The notes: generated by a model from the letters alone, not told the origin. Positions 22,580 through 32,119 are shown, counted from the stretch's first letter. The stretch is 33,120 nucleotides of DNA from a bacterium (GCA_030699515.1 JAUYME010000066.1:1-33120), one strand, 5' to 3'. Numbers and translations are program-made.

Positions 22580-23164
22580 ATGTTGGATAAAAATCAGTTA
22601 GAGCAAATGTATGCTGAGGAAGGAAAGTCTATGCAGGAGATTGCGGATTTGTTTGGTTGTTCGCTTAACAAGGTGAGATATTGGATGGATAGGCTGAAGA
22701 TTAAAAGGCGCAGCATAAGTGATGCTATTTATTTGAGAAGCAATCCCAATGGGGACCCGTTTAAATTCAATAAGCCCAAAACGATTGCGGACGTAGAGCT
22801 TCTTGGGTTGGGCCTAGGGCTTTATTGGGGCGAGGGAACAAAGGCAAGCAAGAGTTCTGTACGACTTGGAAATACGGACCCTAAACTAATTTTGAAATTT
22901 GTTGAGTTTCTTGAAAGAATTTTTTCAGTAAACAGAGGTGATATGAAGTTTGGTTTGCAGATTTTTTCTGATATTTCGCCTAAGAAAGCACTGGACTTTT
23001 GGGCTGAAAAGCTTAGAATAAACAAATCTCAATTTTACAAAGTTATTGTTACGCAGTCTGGCTCAATAGGGACTTACCGAAAGAAGTCTGAGTACGGAGT
23101 TTTGACTGTGTATTACAACAATACGAGATTGAGAGACATGTTAGTTGATATGTTGCCGACGTAG
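22580..23164 (+). CDS. HTH plus single-motif LAGLIDADG homing-endonuclease-like protein (free-standing)
   Basis: N-terminal HTH (SMQEIADLFGCSLNKVRYWM). LAGLIDADG-like LLGLGLGLYWGEGTK, followed by KLILKFVEFLERIF and GVLTVYYNN. Stop TAG 23162-23164 lies inside the tRNA 5' exon. Confidence 0.7.
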   Translation: MLDKNQLEQMYAEEGKSMQEIADLFGCSLNKVRYWMDRLKIKRRSISDAIYLRSNPNGDPFKFNKPKTIADVELLGLGLGLYWGEGTKASKSSVRLGNTDPKLILKFVEFLERIFSVNRGDMKFGLQIFSDISPKKALDFWAEKLRINKSQFYKVIVTQSGSIGTYRKKSEYGVLTVYYNNTRLRDMLVDMLPT

Positions 23165-23441
23165 CTCAGGGGTAGAGCACTTCCATGGTAATTCGCTAGA
23201 ATTTGCCCATTAGCGCCGAAATGCGCTTTTTGTATCCCGAATAACGGTTAAAGGCCTTAAGCGAGGCTCAGACCGTGGCGTTTTGCCTGCCTGCCGGCAG
23301 GCAGGCGCCCGAACGACTGACAAGGGACTACGTACTCTTTTGAGCGTAGAAGATACAGTCTAGCCTCTCTATAAGCTTTTTATGAAATGAGAGTGTAAGC
23401 GAAGGAAGGGGTCGCGAGTTCAATTCTCGCCGTCGGCTCCA
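23155..23441 (+). tRNA. tRNA-Thr(GGU) interrupted by a group I intron after anticodon position 36; CCA encoded
   Basis: Exon 1 (23155-23189): GCCGACG TA GCTC AGGGGTA GAGC A CTTCC ATGGT. Exon 2 (23402-23441): AA GGAAG GGGTC GCGAG TTCAATT CTCGC CGTCGGC T CCA. Confidence 0.8.
23190..23401 (+). mobile_element. Group I intron (212 nt, no internal ORF)
   Basis: P1 GGU|AAUUC-GCUA-GAAUU(U)GCC with U-G at the splice site. P2 AGCGC/GCGCU, P3 UCCC/GGGA, P4 ACGGU/ACCGU, P5 GGCCU/AGGCU, P7 GACUG/CAGUC, P8 CUACG..CGUAG. J8/7 AAGAUA. Terminal G at 23401. Confidence 0.8.
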
Positions 23442-23442
23442 A

Positions 23443-23464
23443 CTTGCCATAAAGGGCAAGTTTT
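23443..23464 (+). terminator. Intrinsic terminator after tRNA-Thr
   Basis: cttgcc-ataaag-ggcaag tttt. Confidence 0.65.
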
Positions 23465-23521
23465 GCTATTGTCTAGCGATTAATGAACATCGCGCTAAGC
23501 GCGACTATCTAATAAATTAAA

Positions 23522-23698
23522 GTGGCAGATTCAAAATTCTCAAAAAACATAGTAAAGCTTCGTTGCGTTGATTGTGGCAAAACCAACTACTACACTAGGA
23601 AGAACAAAAAGCTGGTAGAGCGTAAATTGGAGTTCAAAAAATACTGTAACCATAAGGACTGCCACAAGCACACTGTTCATAAAGAAGCTAAAAAGTAA
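23522..23698 (+). CDS. rpmG: 50S ribosomal protein L33 (Cys-containing form), GTG start
   Basis: VADSKFSKNIVKLRCVDCGKTNYYTRKNKKLVERKLEFKKYCNHKDCHKHTVHKEAKK. Below the ORF-track size cutoff. Confidence 0.8.
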   Translation: MADSKFSKNIVKLRCVDCGKTNYYTRKNKKLVERKLEFKKYCNHKDCHKHTVHKEAKK

Positions 23699-23730
23699 AA
23701 ATCTACGCGTTGCGTAGATTTTTACTTTTT
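23690..23730 (+). terminator. Palindromic terminator overlapping the rpmG stop
   Basis: aaaaagtaaaaatctacgc-gt-tgcgtagatttttacttttt. Confidence 0.7.
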
Positions 23731-23811
23731 AGCTGTTGGAGATGAAGAGTCATTTTGCAGATGTCTTTAAATTTGGAGCTTACTTCTGTATAGTTGAGGT
23801 CAGTCCGAACA

Positions 23812-23884
23812 GGGCGCGTAGTGTCAACGGTTAGCACATCTGCCTCCAAAGCAGAGAGTCAGGGTTCGAATCCTTGCGCGCCTG
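23812..23884 (+). tRNA. tRNA-Trp(CCA)
   Basis: GGGCGCG TA GTGT CAACGGTTA GCAC A TCTGC CTCCAAA GCAGA GAGT CAGGG TTCGAAT CCTTG CGCGCCT G. Confidence 0.85.
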
Positions 23885-24046
23885 CACGAATTTTCTCTAA
23901 ATTTTCAAACTGCTAAGTGTGGAAAATTTAGCTAGAAAAATCTGTGCCCCGCCACCACTTGATGATCTGCGCGGGCTAATATTGACTTTTATTATTTTTT
24001 GTGTTATTTTTTGTTTACTCAGATTTCCAAAAGAAGGAGGTGTTTG

Positions 24047-24211
24047 ATGGGTAAGTATTGCGTAAACTGCAAACATCTGCTTCGCAAGGAGGCAGATGGG
24101 CCACGGTTCAACGTTTGGTACAATCTTCTGTGTAGGAAGGCTCCCCGAGAAGTCGCGGTTGATCCCGTGACTGGCGAGGCTGGCTTCGAGGCTGTAAACT
24201 CCTTGGGTTAG
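24047..24211 (+). CDS. GC-rich Cys-rich mini-ORF (54 aa to an in-frame TAG; the frame stays open 25 more codons to TAG 24287-24289)
   Basis: Perfect SD AAGGAGGTG lies 4-5 nt before the ATG. CVNC...C...DPVTGE. After the TAG: RYFTEDAFQNCRDVNQGECEMWEPQ. Confidence 0.55.
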   Translation: MGKYCVNCKHLLRKEADGPRFNVWYNLLCRKAPREVAVDPVTGEAGFEAVNSLG

Positions 24212-24443
24212 CGCTACTTCACAGAAGACGCCTTCCAGAACTGCAGAGATGTGAACCAGGGAGAATGCGAGATGTGGGAGCCTCAATAGGCTCTGCATCT
24301 CAGCTATGCGTCACCTGCTAGAAGTGGTGAAATAGGGAAAGTTTAACCCAGCGCGGAACCCCGGTGTCTGAAAGGATGTTGGGGTTTCATGGTTTTTAGA
24401 AACAGATCTTGGTTTGAATTTCCTCCATGATGCCCTGCTAAAT

Positions 24444-24490
24444 AAATAAACGGCTCAGGCCGGTATTTTACTGGCCTGAGCCGTTTATTT
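24444..24490 (+). terminator. AAACGGCTCA-family hairpin (copy 3) with T-tract
   Basis: aaataaacggctcaggccgg-tatttta-ctggcctgagccgtttattt. Confidence 0.7.
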
Positions 24491-24507
24491 TCTGTTATGA
24501 TTTAAGT

Positions 24508-24756
24508 ATGAATAACTGGACAGAAAAAGATAATAAGTTGGAGAGGGAGTTTGAGTTTACGGACTTCAAAGAAGCTTTAGATTTTGTAAATAAGGTTGGA
24601 GCTTTGGCGGAAGAGGCTAATCATCATCCGGATATTTTGCTGCATGATTATAAGAAGGTTTTGCTTACCTTAACTACGCATAGCGAGGGTAGTGTGGTGA
24701 CGGAAAAGGATAGAGCGCTGGCAGAGGAAATTAACAGAATTTCTATTGAAAAATAG
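24508..24756 (+). CDS. Pterin-4a-carbinolamine dehydratase (PCD/DCoH)
   Basis: W......L.REF.F.DF..A..FV..V...AE..NHHPD, the hallmark of the family. Confidence 0.8.
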   Translation: MNNWTEKDNKLEREFEFTDFKEALDFVNKVGALAEEANHHPDILLHDYKKVLLTLTTHSEGSVVTEKDRALAEEINRISIEK

Positions 24757-24895
24757 GCCGTTTTGGGTTAAAATAGGGCATTCCTAAGAGTAATCGCTAA
24801 AATCGCGAAAGTACACAAAAAATCGCGAAAAAGATAAAGACGCATAAGACTAAGGAGTAATCGCGAAAAACGCGAATTGATTCAAAATATCGCGA

Positions 24896-25285
24896 ATGGA
24901 AGGCAAAGACCAGAAAATAGAGAGGGGTGAGCTGCAGGCTCTAGTAAAGAAGAGAGATAGCCATGTTAGCCGTCTTTTCTACATGATGCTAGAGTTCTTT
25001 TTAATTTTTGGATTGCCGGCTCTTGCGGCATTTTTTGGTGGCAGGGCGCTAGACTCTGCGCTTGGAACAGGAAAGTTATGGCTTATTATTTTTCTGATAG
25101 CTGCATTTGTTCTGTCTTGGGTAATAGTGGTGCTTAGGGTAAGGAAAATTACAAAGGAGCTGAAAGTGCTGGATGCTAGAATTAAAGAAATTAGAGAATC
25201 CCGTAAAACCGCAACAGCAATGAATGCTGGCGGCCACGGGACTAACTTAAATCAAGATTTAAAAGGAGAAGAAAAGAATGTTTGA
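24896..25285 (+). CDS. AtpZ/AtpI-like small membrane protein preceding the atp genes
   Basis: Two TM helices. Position directly before atpB, with an 8-nt overlap. Confidence 0.5.
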   Translation: MEGKDQKIERGELQALVKKRDSHVSRLFYMMLEFFLIFGLPALAAFFGGRALDSALGTGKLWLIIFLIAAFVLSWVIVVLRVRKITKELKVLDARIKEIRESRKTATAMNAGGHGTNLNQDLKGEEKNV

Positions 25286-26078
25286 TTTTTTACGAAGACA
25301 ATCTGAAGTGCCCGATGTATCACCGGATGTGGTGTTTGAAATTTTTGGATGGCCAATTTCAAACAGCGCACTGCAAATATTTTTTATTCTTATTTTGGTC
25401 ATTCTTTTTAACTTTTTGGTTGTGCGAAAGTTTAAAGTGCACCCCACAAGCAGAGTCCAACATTTTGCAGAGTGGTTTTACAACACAATGGTTCGTTTTG
25501 TTCAGAGCATTACCGGAAGCGAGCAGAAGGCTCGCGACATTATGCCTATAGTGCTTAGCCTTTTTGTTTTTGTGGGGCTTGCTAACCTAATTAACTTTAT
25601 TCCCGGCCTTACCAGTATTACTTACAATGGGGTTTCAATATTTAGAACTCCGACAAGTGATTTTAATACAACTTTTTCAATGGCTGCTACTTTGATTATT
25701 TTTATTCAGTTTGCGGCAATCAAGCGTGCGGGAATATTTAGTTACATTGGGAAGTTTTTCCAATTCAAGCAGATTTTTCAGGGATTTAAGAAGAGCATAG
25801 GCGAGGGCTTTATTGCGATGATTGGCTTTTTTGTGGGTTTATTGGACATTATTTCGGAATTGGCAAAAATGTTCTCGCTTTCTCTACGTTTGTTTGGTAA
25901 CATCTACGCGGGCGAGGTTCTTTTGGTAGTTATATTTGGAGCCTTGGCCTTTGCTCTTCCAAGCCTTTGGATGAGCCTTTCTTTATTCTTTGGAGTAATT
26001 CAAGCAATTGTATTTGGCGCTTTAGCAGCTGCTTACTATGCTTCTTCCGTACCTGATGAGGGAGAAGAAAGTTTATAG
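25278..26078 (+). CDS. atpB: F0 ATP synthase subunit a
   Basis: LSLRLFGNIYAGEVLL, the conserved Arg-containing helix. Confidence 0.9.
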   Translation: MFDFLRRQSEVPDVSPDVVFEIFGWPISNSALQIFFILILVILFNFLVVRKFKVHPTSRVQHFAEWFYNTMVRFVQSITGSEQKARDIMPIVLSLFVFVGLANLINFIPGLTSITYNGVSIFRTPTSDFNTTFSMAATLIIFIQFAAIKRAGIFSYIGKFFQFKQIFQGFKKSIGEGFIAMIGFFVGLLDIISELAKMFSLSLRLFGNIYAGEVLLVVIFGALAFALPSLWMSLSLFFGVIQAIVFGALAAAYYASSVPDEGEESL

Positions 26079-26172
26079 ATAATAGGTTATAGAAAATAGA
26101 GAAAGAAAAAGAGTTTAAATCAGATATTGAAAGTAAAAGGTCAATAAAACTAATTAATTAATCAAAAATAAT

Positions 26173-26403
26173 ATGGAAACAGCAGGAATGTCTGTAGAAG
26201 CAGCAAGTATGATTGCAAAGGGGCTAATTGCTCTTGCAATGGTGGGAACCGCTGCCGGTGAAGGTTACGTTATCGGTAAGGCTCTTGAAGCCATTGGACG
26301 AAACCCAGAGGCTGGAAGCTCTATCTTTGGAAAAATGATTATCGGTGTGGCCATGGCTGAGTCTACAGCTATTTACGCATTGGTGTTGTTTTTCGTCATC
26401 TAG
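26173..26403 (+). CDS. atpE: F0 ATP synthase subunit c
   Basis: Hairpin proteolipid with GRNPE loop and AMAESTAIYALV carboxylate helix. Confidence 0.9.
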   Translation: METAGMSVEAASMIAKGLIALAMVGTAAGEGYVIGKALEAIGRNPEAGSSIFGKMIIGVAMAESTAIYALVLFFVI

Positions 26404-26458
26404 GAGTAATCGCTAATATCGCGAACGGGGGAGGTAATATCGCGAATAAAACAAAAAC

Positions 26459-26941
26459 GTGCAAGAAGTACTAGGAAAAATTGGATTTGATTGGCATTTA
26501 GCCATTGTAAACTTGGTGAATGTATTCATTATTTTTCTGGTACTAAAAAAGTGGGCTTTTGGGCCAATTCAGAACATTATTGATGAGCGAAAGAAGGAGG
26601 TAGATGCAAGTTTGCAGTCTGCGCAAGATGCGCAAAAGCAAAGCGAGATGGCAGAGCAAGAGCGGGAAAAAACCATTGCTAAAGCTAGAAAGGAGGCACA
26701 GGGAATTTTAGAAACTGCCAACGAAGAAAGCAAGGGTATTGTTGAAGAAGGAAAGCTGAAGCTTTCTAAGGAAAAAGATGAGATGCTAAAGAAGGCAAGC
26801 CTTGAGATAGAAGCAAAGAAAAAGGAAAGTGAAGACAAGCTAAAAAGTCAGGCATCCGTCCTTATTACTTCTGGAATTAAGAAAATTCTTAAGGAAGAGG
26901 TGGATAGGGAGATGAACAGTCGCATTATCAACAAAAGTTGA
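26459..26941 (+). CDS. atpF: F0 ATP synthase subunit b (GTG start)
   Basis: N-terminal TM, then a long charged coiled coil. Position in the operon. Confidence 0.8.
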   Translation: MQEVLGKIGFDWHLAIVNLVNVFIIFLVLKKWAFGPIQNIIDERKKEVDASLQSAQDAQKQSEMAEQEREKTIAKARKEAQGILETANEESKGIVEEGKLKLSKEKDEMLKKASLEIEAKKKESEDKLKSQASVLITSGIKKILKEEVDREMNSRIINKS

Positions 26942-27025
26942 TAATGCGAGAAGCTAGAAGTATGAATTATGAATTAATGGTTCAAAGTTAAAGGTCAAAG
27001 GTCACATGTTAAATGTTTCCCAAAT

Positions 27026-27406
27026 ATGTATAGCAGTAGGCAAATAGCAAAGAGTTTGAAGGTAATGGAGGCCGACCAGGGAGCGGAAAAGACTGCTTCT
27101 AAGTTTTTTGCTTTTGTAGGGCGCTACAATCTTTGGAACGTAGTTCCTTCGGTCTTGGCTCATCTTGAGGGTAGTGCGGATAAAAGCGATGAGTTTGAAA
27201 CTTTAAAAGTAAGAGCGCCATATGCTTTAACTGAGGATGCGGAGAGAAAAATTAGAAAGGTTGCCGGTGCAGACAAAGACACCGTGCTGGAGTTTAAAAC
27301 TGATAAGTCCCTGCTTGGAGGTTTTGTTGCCAACTACAAAGGCTTTGAGCACGAGGGAAGCCTTGGGCGCATTGTGCAGGGCTTAGCTAGAAGTATTCGG
27401 GAGTGA
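27026..27406 (+). CDS. atpH: F1 ATP synthase subunit delta (OSCP), short form
   Basis: C-terminal D.SLLGGFV......EHEGSL pattern. Position in the operon. 126 aa. Confidence 0.65.
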   Translation: MYSSRQIAKSLKVMEADQGAEKTASKFFAFVGRYNLWNVVPSVLAHLEGSADKSDEFETLKVRAPYALTEDAERKIRKVAGADKDTVLEFKTDKSLLGGFVANYKGFEHEGSLGRIVQGLARSIRE

Positions 27407-27465
27407 GTACAAGTTGGCTACGAAATACAAATTTAGTACAAATATACGGATTAGAAAAAGAAAAT

Positions 27466-27600
27466 AAGGATGTAGGATGTAGGAGTTAGAATTTAGGGTT
27501 GGAGGCGAAGCAAAGCTTCGCAGATCTATAACCTACAACCTATAACCTACTTGTGCTGAGCACAGTCGAAGCATAACCTATCCCTATAACCTATAACCTA
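27466..27600. repeat. Word-stutter imperfect hairpin (AGGATGT/AGGAGTT arms versus ATAACCT/ACAACCT arms around GCGAAGC-AAA-GCUUCGC)
   Basis: The left part, 27466-27523, is homologous to 31611-31667. The arms are mutually complementary if G-U pairs are allowed. Confidence 0.7.
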
Positions 27601-27613
27601 CAAACTAAACATT

Positions 27614-29113
27614 ATGAGCATAGATAGATTAATAAGTGAAATTAAAAGCAAAATAGATTCCGTTGAAACCGGTGTAAAAAGCCAGGAGGTTGGTACGGTT
27701 GTTGAAGCCGCAGACGGAATTGCAAAAATTTCCGGTCTATCTGAGTGTTTGGCTAGCGAATTGCTTGAATTTGAAAATGGCGAGTTTGGAATTGCTTTGA
27801 ACCTAGAGGCAGATACGGTTGGAGCAATTATTTTTGGAAATTTTAAAGATATTAAGGAGGGCGATAGTGTAAAGCGAACGGAGCGAGTTTTAGAAGTTCC
27901 GGTTGGAGAGGGAGTAATGGGCAGGATTGTAGATCCTTTAATGAACCCAATTGATGGAAAGGGTCCGATTAAGGCGGATAAGAATATGTATATAGAGCGC
28001 AAAGCTCCCGGTGTGATGAGTAGAGAAGGAGTAAACCAACCGCTTCAAACCGGAATTAAGGCTATTGATGCGTTAACTCCTGTTGGTAGGGGGCAAAGAG
28101 AGCTGATAATTGGAGATAGGCAAACAGGAAAAACCACTGTTGCTATAGATGCAATTTTGAATCAAAAAGGAAAAGATATTAAGTGTGTTTATGTGGCCAT
28201 TGCTCAAAAGAAAAGCAAGATTGCCAAAATTGTTAAAACTTTAGAGGAGGCTGGGGCGATGGAGTACACAACTGTGGTGCTTTCTGGAAGCAGCGACAGT
28301 GCCGCGCTTTCATATCTTGCTCCATACACCGGAGCGGCAATTTGCGAGTACTTTATGGACAAGAGCCAAGACACGCTAGTAATTTACGACGATCTTAGTA
28401 AGCACGCGGTGGCTTACAGAGAAATTTCACTTTTGCTACGCCGTCCTCCCGGCCGAGAAGCGTATCCGGGAGACGTGTTTTATCTTCACTCCAGGTTATT
28501 GGAGAGAGCATGTAGAAGAAACAAGAAGCACAAAGGCGGATCTATGACAGCACTGCCAATTATTGAAACTCAGGCGGGGGATTTGTCTGCCTACATTCCA
28601 ACCAATGTTATCTCAATTACCGACGGGCAGATTTTCTTGGATACGGGGCTGTTCAACAAAGGAATTCGGCCGGCAATTGATGCCGGGCTTTCAGTTTCTC
28701 GTGTTGGAGGAAATGCCCAGATTAAGTCTATGAAGAAGATTTCCGGAAAGGTAAAGCTAGAGCTGGCTCAGTTTAGAGAGCTGGAAAGCTTTGCTCAATT
28801 TGCCAGTGACCTAGATGCAGACACAAAGGCAAAGCTAGACCGTGGTGCGCGAATCACAGAAGCGCTGAAGCAGGGCCAGAACAAGCCAATTGATGCCAGC
28901 CTTCAAGGGGCTTGGATTTACTTTGTAACTAATGGTCACGCCGATAAATTGGAACTTTCTGCAATTGGGGCAACAGAGCAGGCTTTTTACAAGTTTTTAA
29001 CTGCCAGTAAGAAGGATTTGCTAAAAGATATGGAGGTAGATTGGGACGAAAAAATTCAGAAGGAGTTGGATAAGGCGATTAAAGAATTTCAGAGCGTACA
29101 CGCACGCTCATAA
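27614..29113 (+). CDS. atpA: F1 ATP synthase subunit alpha
   Basis: Walker A GDRQTGKT. Alpha signature regions. Confidence 0.95.
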   Translation: MSIDRLISEIKSKIDSVETGVKSQEVGTVVEAADGIAKISGLSECLASELLEFENGEFGIALNLEADTVGAIIFGNFKDIKEGDSVKRTERVLEVPVGEGVMGRIVDPLMNPIDGKGPIKADKNMYIERKAPGVMSREGVNQPLQTGIKAIDALTPVGRGQRELIIGDRQTGKTTVAIDAILNQKGKDIKCVYVAIAQKKSKIAKIVKTLEEAGAMEYTTVVLSGSSDSAALSYLAPYTGAAICEYFMDKSQDTLVIYDDLSKHAVAYREISLLLRRPPGREAYPGDVFYLHSRLLERACRRNKKHKGGSMTALPIIETQAGDLSAYIPTNVISITDGQIFLDTGLFNKGIRPAIDAGLSVSRVGGNAQIKSMKKISGKVKLELAQFRELESFAQFASDLDADTKAKLDRGARITEALKQGQNKPIDASLQGAWIYFVTNGHADKLELSAIGATEQAFYKFLTASKKDLLKDMEVDWDEKIQKELDKAIKEFQSVHARS

Positions 29114-29227
29114 ACACTAATACACCAATGAAGCACGAATCAGCTAATGAAATGCAAAAATATCAATTAACAAAAAACCATCTAGGCCTAATTAGAGGAT
29201 TGGCGATTAATTAGTGCATTAGTGTTT
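29112..29227. repeat. MITE-like inverted-repeat element E2 (AAACACTAATACAC ... GTGCATTAGTGTTT)
   Basis: Fills the whole atpA-atpG spacer and overlaps the atpA stop. Reverse orientation relative to E1 (19948-20044). Confidence 0.75.
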
Positions 29228-29229
29228 TT

Positions 29230-30129
29230 ATGGCAGATCAGAAGGCAATACAAAATAAAATAAAGACGGTTGGCAACATTAGGAAGATAACTTCTGCTAT
29301 GGAGATGATTGCTAGAACCAAAATGAAAAAAGCCGTAGACGGCGTGCTTTCGGTTCGCCCATACGCTTTGTATGCGCAAGAACTTTTAATGCACCTTAGC
29401 GCTGACAAAACTTTGGAAAGCCCCTATCTATCAAGTGGCAAGGGAGAAAAAATATTGCTTGTTGTTATTGCTTCAGACAAAGGCCTTTGTGGAGGATATA
29501 ATGCAAATGTAAATCGTTTGCTTAAGGCTTACCTTGCCGAGAATCAAAATGTGGAAGTCTTAGCAATGGGTAAGCGCGCAATTTTAGAAGCAAAAAAGCT
29601 TGGGCTAAAAACGATTGCAGAATACAAAGATGTGCCGGACAAAGTTTCCAGTGAATATGTTTCTGAAATATCAAAAGAGCTTCGCAAAGCATTTCGAAGC
29701 GGAGAGTTTAAGAAGGTGGAGGCAATTTATACCGATTATGTTTCTAGCTTTTCTCAAAAAGCGCAAACTAGAACAATTTTGCCAGTTTCAGTTAAGGGAG
29801 TTACAGAAATAATTGAAAAGGCTGCGTTTGGTAGCGAAAAAAAGGAGGAGCTTAATGATGGGGAAGGTTTTGGAATGTATCTGCTTGAGCCAAATGTAGA
29901 AACAATTTTAAATACAGTAGTGCCTAGACTGGTAGATGTTTCAGTGCTGCACAGCATTTTAGAAAGTAAGGCCAGTGAAGAAAGTATGAGAATGTTTGCA
30001 ATGAAGAATGCAACGGAAAACGCAAAAGAACTTCAGGATGATTTAACTCTTTCATACAACAGGGCGCGTCAGCAGGGAATTACACAAGAAATTGCAGAAA
30101 TTGCTGCAGGGGCGGAAGCGTTGGGTTAG
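29230..30129 (+). CDS. atpG: F1 ATP synthase subunit gamma
   Basis: IKTVGNIRKITSAMEMIARTKM N-terminus and C-terminal ITQEIAEI helix. Confidence 0.9.
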   Translation: MADQKAIQNKIKTVGNIRKITSAMEMIARTKMKKAVDGVLSVRPYALYAQELLMHLSADKTLESPYLSSGKGEKILLVVIASDKGLCGGYNANVNRLLKAYLAENQNVEVLAMGKRAILEAKKLGLKTIAEYKDVPDKVSSEYVSEISKELRKAFRSGEFKKVEAIYTDYVSSFSQKAQTRTILPVSVKGVTEIIEKAAFGSEKKEELNDGEGFGMYLLEPNVETILNTVVPRLVDVSVLHSILESKASEESMRMFAMKNATENAKELQDDLTLSYNRARQQGITQEIAEIAAGAEALG

Positions 30130-30176
30130 ACAGTTAGATATTTAGACCATTAGACAGTTAGAAAAAACCAAAGTAA

Positions 30177-31595
<1,419 letters not shown>

Positions 31596-31610
31596 CGAAG
31601 CTCAGCCTTC

Positions 31611-31667
31611 AAGGATGTAGGATGTAGGAGTTAGGATGTAGGGCTGGAAGCGAACTAAAGTTCGCAT
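31611..31667. repeat. Second copy of the AGGATGT-word element with covarying central hairpin (GCGAAC-UAAA-GUUCGC)
   Basis: aaggatgtaggatgtaggagttag... is shared with 27466-27523. Confidence 0.7.
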
Positions 31668-31760
31668 TATAGAAAGGCAAAAATAATGACAAGTGAAATA
31701 GATTTAATCCTACTTCGCTAAAGCTTCGCAGGACTATCTAAAATCAAAGATTTTAAAGAA

Positions 31761-32039
31761 ATGATACAACTAAGAATCGTAACGATAGAGGGGGTGAAAT
31801 TTTCCGGGAAGGTGGGGCAGGTAACACTTCCTACCGGTGCCGGTGAAATTACGGTTTTGCCAAACCATATTCCTTTAATTTCTCAATTAAATGCTGGAAC
31901 GTTGCGAACGAAAGGAGGTGAAGAAGGGGAGCAGGCTTTTATTATTGGCAAAGGAGTGCTTGAAGTAAGGAAGGGAAGCAATGTAGTGGTGCTTACGGAT
32001 GAATGCAAAAGCAGTAGCCCTTCGACAAGCTCAGGGTAA
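31761..32039 (+). CDS. atpC: F1 ATP synthase subunit epsilon, beta-sandwich domain only
   Basis: The N-terminal domain pattern (LPNHIPLIS, VLEV) is present. The protein stops after 92 aa. The last 7 codons lie in a 20-nt motif that also occurs at 20947-20966. Confidence 0.75.
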   Translation: MIQLRIVTIEGVKFSGKVGQVTLPTGAGEITVLPNHIPLISQLNAGTLRTKGGEEGEQAFIIGKGVLEVRKGSNVVVLTDECKSSSPSTSSG

Positions 32040-32119
32040 ACAATTAGCATGTAGTAAGTAGTAAGCAGAAGGCGAAGACCAAGGCAAAGACAAATGCTAA
32101 GAAAAGAGGGGGGCGAGCC

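Noticed and set aside
23897-24298. The 133-aa minus-strand ORF across island 3.
   Set aside because: It is antisense to the SD-led Cys-rich ORF, has no initiation signal, and runs through AT-rich promoter-like sequence.
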